This document shows positions 39,847-51,329 of a DNA stretch of 64,000 nt, one piece after another. Source of the stretch: Haliotis rubra (lineage: Eukaryota). Both the position numbers and the translations under genes were made by a program. Each line of letters opens with the position of its first letter. Position 1 is the first letter of the stretch. Under the pieces are notes generated by a model, which worked only from the letters and a program-made list of their open reading frames with translations, did no database searches and was not told the DNA's origin. The DNA is taken from NCBI RefSeq assembly GCF_003918875.1, contig NW_025766002.1, positions 1,240,001 to 1,304,000 on the forward strand. The letters run 5' to 3'.

Positions 39847-39953
39847 AATTACACAAATTTTGTTTGTAATTTCGAAATACTATTTTTTCAAGTTTAAAAA
39901 TAAATCCATAACTAGAAATAGAAAAGAAGAGTAAGAAGAATGAACAGTTTTGT

Positions 39954-40062
39954 GGCCCGTTCCTTAAAAAGCGATCGTAACCCTAAGGTGATCGTAACTC
40001 CCATACTTTAACATAGACTTACAACAGTTGTAGCTCTACGATCGCTTTGTGGAACGGGGCCC
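39954..40062. mobile_element. Small MITE (ggccc..gttcc..aaagcgatcgta TIRs, Harbinger-like)
   Basis: Imperfect ~25-bp TIRs; absent from the paralogous segment at ~40779. Confidence 0.65.
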
Positions 40063-40330
40063 TGGTGCATATGTACAAGTAGCAATTTATTGGTGGCTAA
40101 AACAGTCAAGAAAGGGTCTGTATGTATTCTTGCATACATATTTGTTGGCTTGTATCGTGTATTGTGTGTCAAATGAACATCCAGAAAAATGACATATGTG
40201 AGCAGTGTATTTAGCGGTTTTATGTTGAACCAAAAATGAAATACAATCATGTACGCATGCATGTAGCTTAGCCCCATAACATTTTCGGTGTTCAATCTTG
40301 TCAAAACATCTTAGCTTAAAGAATATCAAG

Positions 40331-40609
40331 TCACAGGTGCTGTGATTTCAGTTATAGTTTGTGGGAAAAATCATCGTGTTTCCAACACCTACATGGCGTC
40401 TTTCTTGTATATCTTAACAAAAGGACGATCCAGATGGTTATCACAAAGAAAGAATTATATGCTCTGGGCTTGCCACAATAGACAAGCGTTATCTGTTGGA
40501 AATAGAAGAACACTGTACCACACTGAACACAAACACAATGAGCCTCCTAAGAGCTGTATGTATCCTCTTGACTTTCGTGATCTGTGAGTGCGCGGAGTTC
40601 GTCTATTGA
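40331..40609 (+). pseudogene. Arylsulfatase relic: promoter plus signal-peptide-only micro-ORF (40538-40609, MSLLRAVCILLTFVICECAEFVY*)
   Basis: 40331-40500 is colinear with 46284-46440. The first 20 codons match the gene 5 signal peptide at 19 of 20 residues, then homology stops abruptly. Confidence 0.9.
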
Positions 40610-40835
40610 TTCTCAATCAGTTTGTAAAGCAGAATACATATTCTTATTTCTGGGGATGGTGTAAAAATCCTTTGTTTAACACCAATCACTCCAATTTTGT
40701 TTTTAATTCCGAAATACTATTTTTTTAAATCCATAACTTGTGAGAGAAAGGAAGAGAAAGTAGAATGAACAATTTTGTGGCCCTGGTTCATATGTACAAG
40801 TATCAATTTTCTTGGTGGCTAAATCAATAATATCA

Positions 40836-41034
40836 GGTGGGCATGGTGGGCGAGCTGTCTAAGGCGCCATGCTAGTGATCGAGCGAGATTGAGGTATCGG
40901 GATCGAGCCCACCTGTGACCGGGTGTAAAAACATTGGAGTCAACTTTATGCGCACACTCTTTCAGTGTTGTCAACAATTCCGTGTGTACAGTACACAACC
41001 CAGTGCACCTAAAAGAACCGACGAATCCGTTGGT
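40836..41034 (+). mobile_element. SINE family 4, 5' part (the 3' part resumes at 46151-46262 beyond the LINE)
   Basis: ggtgggcgagctgtctaaggcgcc..cacctgtgaccgggtgtaaaaac is colinear with 62626-62812; 46151-46262 matches the family tail. Confidence 0.8.
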
Positions 41035-44000
41035 GAGTGAGTGAGTGAGTTATAATTTATCGTCACATCGGCAATATTTCAGCCATATCGTGACGAGAAC
41101 ATTTTATTGTTATACATAGTAATTTATGGTAAATTATAAAACTCTGTCATCGAAGGACAGTAAAACCGACTAGAATATCACAATATCAAGAAATAAAACT
41201 AGCATATATGTCTAAAATAGGATTTCAGATTAGGACAATACAAATATAAAAAAGGCTGAGGATCGCCAACAACCGATGGTAGACCACCACTCTAGGGACC
41301 ATGGGGACTTACAGTACTTTGGCTACCTGCATGGACCCTAGCTGGATTTATACCATCCCTTCAGCCATTGGCGATTGTACTGATAGTTAGCCATAATAAA
41401 ACAACAAATATTCTACGATTAAAAAAGTGTGTAGATCTGAATAGACTTTGAAAGTTTTGGGACTTACGTACCCTCCCAGTAGGACAATAATTTTACAGTA
41501 CTTTAACCCCCTGTGAGGGTACAGCCACTAACAATCTAAGTTACTAATCTAAACTACCAATCATTAAAATACATCTATCTACAGAACATATTAATCAGAA
41601 TTCATCAATGAAATCAATTTCTTTTAAAAAAACAACAATTAAATGAGTACTAACACTGGTAAAAGATCCTTAAGTGTTTTTACATTGAAATATTTATCCC
41701 TTATGATGGAGAATTCAACACAGTCAAGCAGGATATGCTTGACCGTGACTCCGTGACTCTCTCATCACAAGGGATACAAAACGGAGGATCTTCACCTTTT
41801 AACAAGTATTTGTGAGTATATCTAATATGGCCAATACGACATCGTCGCATGATGACCTCTTCAAATCTGGACTGACAACCCAAGTAGGTGTAACCGATAG
41901 TTGGTTTTATTTCATGTAATTTATTGATACCCACTTGGGTGTCCCACTTCTTCTGCATCAGATCACGGATGTAAGTTCTAATGGTAGCTTTGTAATCAGA
42001 GTAAGGAATGAGAAGTGGTGCCACAGATTTGTTGATCAGCCATTGTGTTCCCAGAAATACCAACGTGACTGGGTAACCAACAGAAGACGATGTCGTATTG
42101 GCCAGTAGCAACTTTTTGCTGTACAGATCCTCATAGAGGGGATGAAAGACACAGTTATATGCAGAGTTCGACTGATTAGAATATAGTTTAGTAATATACT
42201 GCAAAGATAATGTGATACGGGGTTGGTTTAGAGAAGGCTCGTCAGCTTCAACGTAAATACTATCAATAGGAGAAGTTCGGAAAGATCCAAGACAAAGTCT
42301 GAGACCTTGGCGATGAACAGAATCAAGTAGTTTCAAATTGCTTTTACAGGCTCCACCACATACGATTGAGCCATAATCAACTTTTGACCGGATGAGTGAT
42401 CTGTACAAATGAAGGAGGGTAGTTGATCCCCTCCCCACTTAGAATTGGACACGACTTTTAATAGATCTAATGCCTTCAGGCATTTAGTCTTCAAATACTT
42501 AATATGTGGTAAAAAGGTCAAATGTTTGTCGAAAATCAGTCCCAGAAACTTGACTTCCTTTACAACGTTAATTGGAGAGCCATCCAAGTACAGTTCGGGA
42601 TATTTATGAGGCTTATATTTCCGACAGAAATGTATACATTTGGTCTTTATCTGTGATAATTTAAAGCCATTCTCAAGTGACCATTTATGAATTTTATTTA
42701 AACACATCTGTAATTGTCTCTCGATGGTATGCATATTTTCACCACGACATGAAACGTTAAAATCATCCACAAACAATGACCCATCTATTGAGTCATTTAA
42801 TACTTTTGAGAGACTATTGATTTTTATGCTAAACAAAGTAACAGACAAAATACTGCCTTGTGGAACCCCCTGATCCTGATTATAATGGTCAGACAGGGTT
42901 GATCCAACACGAACTTGAAATTGCCTGTCTGATAAAGACTGTGATATAAAATGAGGCAAACCAAATTTCTTAAAATACCATGTTTCCAAAATCTCTTAAA
43001 ATACCATGTTTCCATGTTGTATCATAAGCTTTTTCTACATCGAAAAAGATTGAAACGGCATGCTGGTTATTTACAATGGAATTTTTAACGAATGATTTTA
43101 GTCGAACCAACTGGTCAATAGTGCTTCTATTTTTGCGAAAACCACATTAGATGTTAGTAATAAGATTATTGGATTCTAGAAACCATACTAATCTATTATT
43201 GACCATGCGTTCCATGGTCTTGCAAACGCAGCTAGTTAGTGAAATAGGTCTGTAGTTTGATGGATCTGTATGATCCCGGCCAGGCTTAAGTATTGGTACA
43301 ACAATGGCATGACACCACGAAGGCGGAAAGTGCCCTGTTGTCCAAATGTTCAGAAGTGTTTCAAGACATGCATTGGGTAAATGTTTCAGGAGCTGATAGT
43401 GGATATTATCAGCACCTGTTGCCGTATCATGAGCTTGCGCTAAGGCAGTATTCAGCTCATGTAGTGAAAATACTTCATTATAATCTTCACCATTATCAGA
43501 GTGAAAGTTAATTTTAAGTTTTTCGTGATGATCTTTATATTTCTGAAACTTTGGATTATAGTTTGATGAAGAAGAATGTGTAGCTAAAGTTTCACCCAAC
43601 TTGTTTGCAATTTCAATTTTATCAGTTAAAAGATCATGTCCATCTTTGAGATGATGAACACTAGAATTTCTACCTTTGCCCTTGATTCTCTGTATCATGT
43701 TCCACACCTTCGTCATTGGCGTACGGGAATAAATCTTTGATACAAAGTTCTTCCAAGACTGTCGTTTACTTTGTTTAAAAGGACGTCGAGCCTATGGCAT
43801 TGTTTATTTTAAAATTATTTAAATTGTGTACTGCAGGGTGACGGCAAAAGTATTTCTCTGCCTTCTTCCTACACTTCCTAGCTTGTTTACAATCGTCAGT
43901 AAACCATGGTTTACGAACATGTGGTTTAGCAGAAGCCTTAGGAATAGTTTCATCGGCAATATTATTCAGTTTAGCAGAGAACAACTCAATCGGATCTGAA

Positions 44001-46150
44001 ACATTGACAAAAAGGTCAGATTTCAAGTTGTCAGCACACAGTGTCTGAAATAATGGCCAGTTAGCCTTATTAAAATTCCACCTTGTAGTAGATGGGTCAT
44101 CACTCGGGTTTATAGCGGAAAGTATTGTAGGAAAATGGTCACTTCCACACAGGTCATCGTGGACTGACCACTTAAATTCGTTGTAAATATTTGGGTCTGT
44201 GAGCGACAGATCGAGTGCAGAATAAGTTCCCGAACCAGGGTGTAAATATGTGACAGATCCATCATTAAAGATGCATAAATTATTGTTTGAAATGAAGTCC
44301 TCAATGATTTTTCATTTATTGTTGGTATCGGCACTACCCCACACAGGGTTATGGCCGTTTAGATCTGTCATGATTATACATGGTTGAGGAAGTTGGTCAA
44401 AGAGATCCTGAAGATCGGACTGCTGAAGCGCTGAAGAAGGAGAAATATACAAAGAACAAAGCGTAAAGGTTATCTGTAAAGAAAGACGGACAGCAATAGC
44501 CTGAAGATTGCTTTTAAGAGGAACCGGGCTATGGATAACACCCTGCCTCACGAGAATAGAGCTGCCGCCAGTTGCTTTATCACCTGGAGGGGAGAATGAA
44601 TGGAAGTAATTGTACCGACGCAATTCAAATTTATCTGTACTTTTAAAGTAGGTCTCTTATAAACTAAAAACCGATGGATTAAAATCTTGTGATAATAATT
44701 GTAGATCATTAAAATTATCCCTAAGGCCTCTGCAATTCCATTGTATTAAATTAATAGAGTTGTTCATGGCGCTTCAGCCGGGGATCTTGACCGCGAGGAA
44801 CGTCTACTCCCTCGCCCTGGCTGTGAGGGAGTGACCTCTATATCAAGAGGTCCAAACGGATTGTGAACCGTCACGGATGATGTCGAGGTAGATGGTACCT
44901 CTAAATGCTGGAGCATTTGCTCTTGGCAGCTTTTTCTTTTCTTTATTTGACAACTGGCTAACTTTTGATTGTGTCCTGGTTTTGTTCAGACAGAACAAAG
45001 CAAAGTCTCTGGTTCTTGTTCTGTCTGGACGAGGCAGATGTTGACGAACTTTGCTCATTTTTTGGAAAGAGTGGGTGTATTCATTGATTGTTACTTGTTT
45101 GGTTTTTACCCAAGATATGGGTGTCTGGCATGAAGTTGAAACTTTGGTTTGATGAAACTTTGATGAACAGGGGTAGAAACAGTGGCTGAATATGTTCGAG
45201 TTGTAGTAGTTTTAGACTGTCCAGGTATTAACTTTTTGGCTTCTTGGTAGGAGAGGGTTGTTAGTTCATTTTAAGAATCTTTGACATGATTTCAACGATG
45301 CCACGATGCCATGACCGCTACAGTTAGCACATCTGATGTCTTTTGTACATTCAGTGTTATTATGAGCCCCCACTGCAACGGGAGCATACTGTTTTACGAG
45401 TGCATTACTTGGCACCGTGTCCAAATTTTTGGCATTGCAGCGGATTAGGTATGTAGACATCAACTGGGACATTAAAGTAACCAGCTTTAATAGCTTTTAG
45501 TAGAGCCGACAGCCCAAAGGTGAACAGGTAAGTATTTGTTTTAATTATATCTGCCTCCTGTTTTCTGGTAAACCGCTTAACAGCAGTTACTCCTTGGTGT
45601 TTCAATTCATCAACGATTTCTTCTTCTGTCATGTACGCCAGACAACGAGATCGGTCACGGATGATACCGCTGCAAGAGTTCAATGTCCCGTGCACAGAGA
45701 AAACATCCTGTGCATTAACAAACTGTTGTAATCCCAACAAGTTTACAGATTGTTGCCTCCCGGCACATTCAAAAAGAAGTGAGACAGAACGAAGACGTGT
45801 GACGTTTGCTACCTCTCCACAGACACCTTTGATGCCCATCGATATAGCAAACGGATTCAATGTTAATGGACTTCCATCTGCTGTTTCAGTAACCAAGAAT
45901 CTCAGCCATGAATCCACTAACGCTGAAGAGACTTCATCATCAGATGATGTTGAAAGATGTTGACGTTTATTCGTTTTTGAACCAGGGGGGAATGCTGTGA
46001 GCCATGGTAATATAATGATTTTTAGCAACCCTCATCTCCACCTGCCATCGAGTGTCAGCAAAGACGATCCTGCAGTGGAAACCAAACTGCCAGATCAGAG
46101 CTGCAGGGATGCTACACTCCAGAAATACAGACATAAATACAGAGACGGAT
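41035..46150 (-). mobile_element. Degenerate near-full-length I-clade (I/Nimb-like) LINE: gag-like ORF1 plus APE-RT-RNase H ORF2
   Basis: ORF1 from ~46005 (NPFAISMGI..VTRLRS..PNPLQCQKFGH and CANCSG knuckles). ORF2 44767 to ~41595 has IQWNCRG, DLNGHN, NYRPISLTSC, GVPQGSILS, LFVDD, a remnant FCWLPSHVGISGN and RRCRIGH. Many frameshifts; (ACTC)n tail at 41035. Confidence 0.93.
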
Positions 46151-46446
46151 GATACGATGTGCCGTTGAGACTGACATCCAATAAGCGAGGGGGAAAAAGA
46201 CCAGCGCCTTGAGCATGTACTAGTTGCTTGGATATGTGCGCTATATAAATATCCTATAATATTAAATAATATATAAAAAGACCTCACAGGTGCTGTTATA
46301 GGTTTTGTGAAAAAGCCGTGTTTCCAACACCTACATGGCGTCTTTATTGTAGATCTTAACAAAAGGACGACCCAGCTGGTAATCACAAAGAAAGAATGCA
46401 TGCTCTAAACTTGCCACGACGCACGTTATCTGTTGGAAACCTTTAA

Positions 46447-47520
46447 AGGTCACATGCAACCAAAAAATCAAACATAATTAAAACACAATTATCACTTCTT
46501 CATGACATATAATATGCATTGCTGATTATGAAAAAACAAATAAACAAAATTATAAGCGTATAATCGCAAATCAAAAGTGCAATATTTTGTACTTGGGTTT
46601 ACCTCCCTCGAAACGAAGCAGCCGGGATACCGAACCCAGTCAGAGCGGGTGGGTGTGCACTCAAGTGTAACGGCTGGTTCATTAGCAGATGCCGCCTTCA
46701 CGGGTCAATGTGTGTGTATATATAGAAAGTGCGGTTTTGTAAATACATGCTCATTTTTTTGTGTATAACATTTTGCAATCAACAGACATCATAACATGTC
46801 ATGTGTTCAAGTATCACACCTGCCTGTCTGTGTAATTACATAATGTGACAGAGACCGAACTCGGGCCATAAATCAATGCGTTTTGTTTATGGTGTATAGC
46901 CTGATTGGTGTTAAGTTCAAATTGCATGTGGTCAGTGATCGCAGTTGTGTATTGAATATTGTCATTAGCAGACAGGCAGGCAGACACACTGGTGTCAATA
47001 AAACAAGACATTGAGTTTTGTCTGTGACAGCGACATATCTATATCACAGTTAGAAATTGTGTCAACGCTAAATAATGACATTGCTTTTAAGTATCGAACT
47101 GAGAAAGTGACTCGGTAAGAAGAACGTGTGGTGAAATAGACGAATGAAATTATATAAACAGTTTATTTACTGTCATAACATACAAAAAGCTCGCGCCTGT
47201 GAGATATCAACAAAACATTATGAAACTAGCTCACACCAAAGCCTTCACCGAGTATTCACCAGACAGCCCGCTTCCAAGTTGCGCGAACCTATTTCACTGC
47301 GCACGTGCTATGAGCGCAGCCAGCTGTTGAAACCCGTATTCCCCAGAAAAGTCTGGGGAAAATTAGTGAAACGTTTGAACTCCGATTTCGCGCGGTTTTT
47401 TTCGTCGCGTTATTTTTCAACTTTATAAGTTGAATTTGCATTTTTGACGCTTTTTTTCGGTAAGTCCCTACCGAAAGGTAACATAATCTGCAAAGTTGTG
47501 TTTTACGTTGCATGTGACCT
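46447..47520. mobile_element. Non-autonomous Kolobok-like DNA transposon (1074 bp)
   Basis: Perfect 14-bp TIR aggtcacatgcaac/gttgcatgtgacct, TTAA TSD at 46443-46446 and 47521-47524, purine-purine 5' terminus. The empty site is seen upstream of gene 2. Confidence 0.88.
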
Positions 47521-47560
47521 TTAAATAGAAGCACACTGTACCACACTGAACAGAAACACA

Positions 47561-49003
47561 ATGAGCCTCCTGTCAGCTGTATGTATTCTCTTGGCTTTTG
47601 GGATCTGTGAGTGTGCAGAGAAACCTCACATTGTTTTTATAGTTGCTGATGACCTTGGCTGGAACGATGTCGGATTTCGGAACCCTCAAATGATCACCCC
47701 TAACCTGGACAGACTGGCTAAAGCTGGTGTCATCCTCAACTCATCCTACGTCCAGCCTCTATGTTCGCCCTCCAGAAATTGTTTCATGTCGGGATATTTC
47801 CCGTATCACACAGGACTCCAAGATGGCGTTGTTGGGATAAACGCAGCAAAACATCTACCGGCCAAGCTAACAATAATACCACAGAAACTGAAACAACTTG
47901 GTTATGATGCCCACATTGTTGGAAAATGGCATCTTGGCTTCTGTAACTGGAAGTATACACCCACAGAGAGAAGCTTTGACTCCTATCTTGGATATTACTC
48001 TGGAATGGAGGACTATCTAACCCATATTATACAGGACCATGAAGGTAACGTGGGACTGGATTTTCGCTTCAACAAAACTGCCTATAGAGACGCCAACGGA
48101 ACCTATTCTACACATATATTTGCCAACAAGGCTGTTGAAATCATTGAGAACCACGACACCAGTAAGCCACTCTATCTGTACCTTCCATTCCAGGCTGTAC
48201 ATTCACCTCTTGAAGTTCCACCTAAATATGAAAATATGTACAAGAACATAGCAACTATGAATAGAAGGATTTATTGTGGAATGGTGAGTGCTTTAGACGA
48301 AGCTGTTGGCAATATCACTAAGGCATTAGAAGACAAAGGTCTCATGGACAATCTCCTGTTGGTCTTTACAACTGATAATGGTGGCCCTACATTTGTTGCT
48401 GCCAATAACCTGCCTTTACGAGGAGCCAAGGCTACACTATGGGAAGGGGGAACGAAAGGAACTGGATTCAGCTACAGTAAATCCCTCCTGAAGAAGACGG
48501 GCTACCTCAACACTGGAATGATGCATGCTGTGGACTGGTACCCGACATTGGTGGAGTTGGCTGGTGGAGAGAACACAGATCCCAACATGGACGGAGTCAG
48601 TCAGTACGACATGCTCATCAATGGTGGACCCAGCAAGCGGAATGAGTTCGTCTACAACATCTATGACGAGATTGATGCAGCTGCAATCAGGTACGGCGAT
48701 CTCAAACTCATGCAAGGCAGTCCGGGAGATCACAATGGTTGGGCTCCTTTGCCACATCTGGGAATTGATGAAGGTGTCTATGAAGCTGATAACCAAACAT
48801 TCCCTCCTTTCATGCTCTACAACATTACTGCAGATCCAACCGAACACTTCGACCTCTCTTCCAAGTATCCAGATCTACTGGACATGATGAAGAAGAGGCT
48901 GGAGAACTGGAAGAAGTCTCGTGTTCCGGCCCAAGACCCTACTCCGGTTCCTGCATCGAACCCGAAGTACTTTGGTGGTGTATGGAGTCCTGGATGGTGT
49001 TGA
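47561..49003 (+). CDS. ARSB-like: Arylsulfatase B/I/J-like sulfatase, gene 3 (480 aa, intron-free CDS, signal peptide)
   Basis: All core motifs present (CSPSR, GKWHLG, QAVHSP, TDNGG, RGAKATLWEGG); RGFD is changed to RSFD; AATAAA at 49115. Confidence 0.94.
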   Translation: MSLLSAVCILLAFGICECAEKPHIVFIVADDLGWNDVGFRNPQMITPNLDRLAKAGVILNSSYVQPLCSPSRNCFMSGYFPYHTGLQDGVVGINAAKHLPAKLTIIPQKLKQLGYDAHIVGKWHLGFCNWKYTPTERSFDSYLGYYSGMEDYLTHIIQDHEGNVGLDFRFNKTAYRDANGTYSTHIFANKAVEIIENHDTSKPLYLYLPFQAVHSPLEVPPKYENMYKNIATMNRRIYCGMVSALDEAVGNITKALEDKGLMDNLLLVFTTDNGGPTFVAANNLPLRGAKATLWEGGTKGTGFSYSKSLLKKTGYLNTGMMHAVDWYPTLVELAGGENTDPNMDGVSQYDMLINGGPSKRNEFVYNIYDEIDAAAIRYGDLKLMQGSPGDHNGWAPLPHLGIDEGVYEADNQTFPPFMLYNITADPTEHFDLSSKYPDLLDMMKKRLENWKKSRVPAQDPTPVPASNPKYFGGVWSPGWC

Positions 49004-49189
49004 TGTCTCTTTTCAAACAAATACTTCCCGTTTCACAAGAACGAAATCTGTGTTATTCAGTGTTGACGGTTATTCGGTTGGAAATACTTAATTTTATCTG
49101 TAATATAGTGTATGAATAAAGGAACACTGCAGATGGGGATATAAATACCAGCATAGTCCTAAATATCAGCCGAGTGTGAGTAAAATTGT

Positions 49190-49700
49190 AGTCACCAATT
49201 GTGCTCCCCTCCTTGCGGATCTGTTTCTTTATGCATATGAAAAAGAATTTCTGCTTGGTTTGGCAAAATCAAAGCAAGGTAATTTGGCCAAGAAGTTTAA
49301 TATAAGCTTCAGGTGTATCGATGATTTGATATCGTCCAGTAACCATCCAATAGACAATTCCCTTTCACTGATTTACCCACCCGAAGGACACAAGTGAGAC
49401 CGCCCCAACTGTTTTTATTAGATCTATGCATAAAGAGTGACAAAATCACTCCACAAGGCTGTTTGACAAAAGGGATTTCAACTTTCCAATAGTCAACTTT
49501 CCTTACATGTCGAGCAATATTTCATCAGCTCCAACCTTTGGTGTTTACATTTCACAACTTTTGAGATACAATCGAGCATGCTCTTTGTACCAAGATTTCA
49601 ATGAGCGTCATGCCACTTATGCTCATATGTTTTTTTGTCAAGGTTACAACATTCAATGCCTCAGTAAAGCTTTTAAAAAGTGTATTGGTAGACATGTTTA
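49190..49700 (+). mobile_element. Penelope-like reverse transcriptase fragment
   Basis: TNCAPLLADLFLYAYE, FRCIDD, DKRDFNFPIVNFP and SNISSAPTFGVYISQLLRY; frameshifted. Confidence 0.75.
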
Positions 49701-50590
49701 GGATTTCGAAACTGGATGCATCATAAACACAAACAAACACAAAGTGCAAGATATCATAAAACCTCTTTTGGATCAACTCATCTGAAAAAATATCTCACTG
49801 AAACAGTTTCACATGACCAATAGTTCAGCGGGGTTTTTTTTGTTTTTCATTTTGGTGCTTTTGAAATTTTTGGTACTTTAAAAGAGGCGAAATGCAAGAT
49901 ACAAGACGATCCGACGATACGAATTTTGCCCAACTAAATTTGGAGAACATGTTTTAAGTTGTTATTAGACGGTGTTGTATTTGATACGGGTGTCCCAACC
50001 CTCCACAAATGCGCCAAAAGTATTTGACCTGTTTACAGTCTACACCTTCAAAGTATAGAAGCTGTCTACCAAATTCGGAGATTATGTTGAGATTTTAAGC
50101 TTAGTTGTGCCATGGTGCACCTCACATGAAAGCTATGTCAGGTACTTTGATATCGTGGGAACTGTATCATCGCGGCACATGAAAACATCGGGAAAGCAGA
50201 AACACCACGCCCCGCATCGGCGGTTTACATATGCGAATTCATTGCTCTAGTAAAAGTGATTTATTTCAGTAAAATGCCACGTCCAATCGTAGGTATAGTA
50301 AGGTATTCATCTTTGTAGTACGTTTTGACGCCTACTGCCGTTGCATCTTGCACGAATCCAAACTTACTTGGTCCAGAGTAACTCTGCAATAACTATAGAG
50401 TCATCTGCATTACTATTAAGATTCGTTAATGTTGGACAGTGCCAGATGCTTGTACCGCGTGTGATAGTACTATATGCCACATTATTTACCACAGAAATGA
50501 AGTCATCTGGACATATATAAGTCAATACCAAATGTCAGTTGGCGTTGGTAATCCCGATAGATACAACATTAACAACCGCGATAAAAGAGT

Positions 50591-50757
50591 GAGTGTGTGT
50601 GTATTGATTTACGTCGCTTTTAGCAATATTCCAGTAACATCACGACAGGGGACACCAGAAAAGGGCTTCACACATTGTACTTCCCATGTGGGGAATCGAA
50701 TCCGGGTCTACGGCGTGACGAGCGAATGCTTTAACCACTAGACTACCCTACCACCCC
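50591..50757 (-). mobile_element. tRNA-derived SINE family 1
   Basis: Consensus match; TSD gc(g/a)ataaaagagt. Confidence 0.88.
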
Positions 50758-51151
50758 GCAATAAAAGAGTTTCAACGCATTTGACTACAATATGTGGAAA
50801 GGTCGGTTACATATCTTTTGATTTTCATCACATAAATTAGTAATTGACAGAAGCTGACTTTCTTTAGATGTTAGTAGTGAAGCCTTATTGTGTGATTGTC
50901 AACCGTTTCGCTCAGAATTAGTTGTCTTCTTCAGTTGGTTTCGTTCTTTTGTCAGCATTATCATTAGTCTCTCCTACATACCTAAAATATCCAAAACAGC
51001 CCATGCAACTCTATAATACTTGGCAAGTCTAGATTACTGAAAAAGTCTCGTGGCTCATTGGAATTTATTTTAAGTCTTTTTTCGTAAAATATGTTCATTT
51101 CAGAAGCACAATGTTACTCTAGTCTTACCATAGACACCGTACTTTTAACAT

Positions 51152-51329
51152 NNNNNNNNNNNNNNNNNNNNNNNNNNNNNNNNNNNNNNNNNNNNNNNNN
51201 NNNNNNNNNNNNNNNNNNNNNNNNNNNNNNNNNNNNNNNNNNNNNNNNNNNNNNNNNNNNNNNNNNNNNNNNNNNNNNNNNNNNNNNNNNNNNNNNNNNN
51301 NNNNNNNNNNNNNNNNNNNNNNNNNNNNN
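51152..51329. other. Assembly gap between genes 3 and 4
   Basis: Run of N. Confidence 1.

Noticed and set aside
41595-46028. Functional reverse transcriptase or gag genes
   Set aside because: Multiple frameshifts and stops, an RNase H deletion and a missing 5' end; this is a dead LINE copy.
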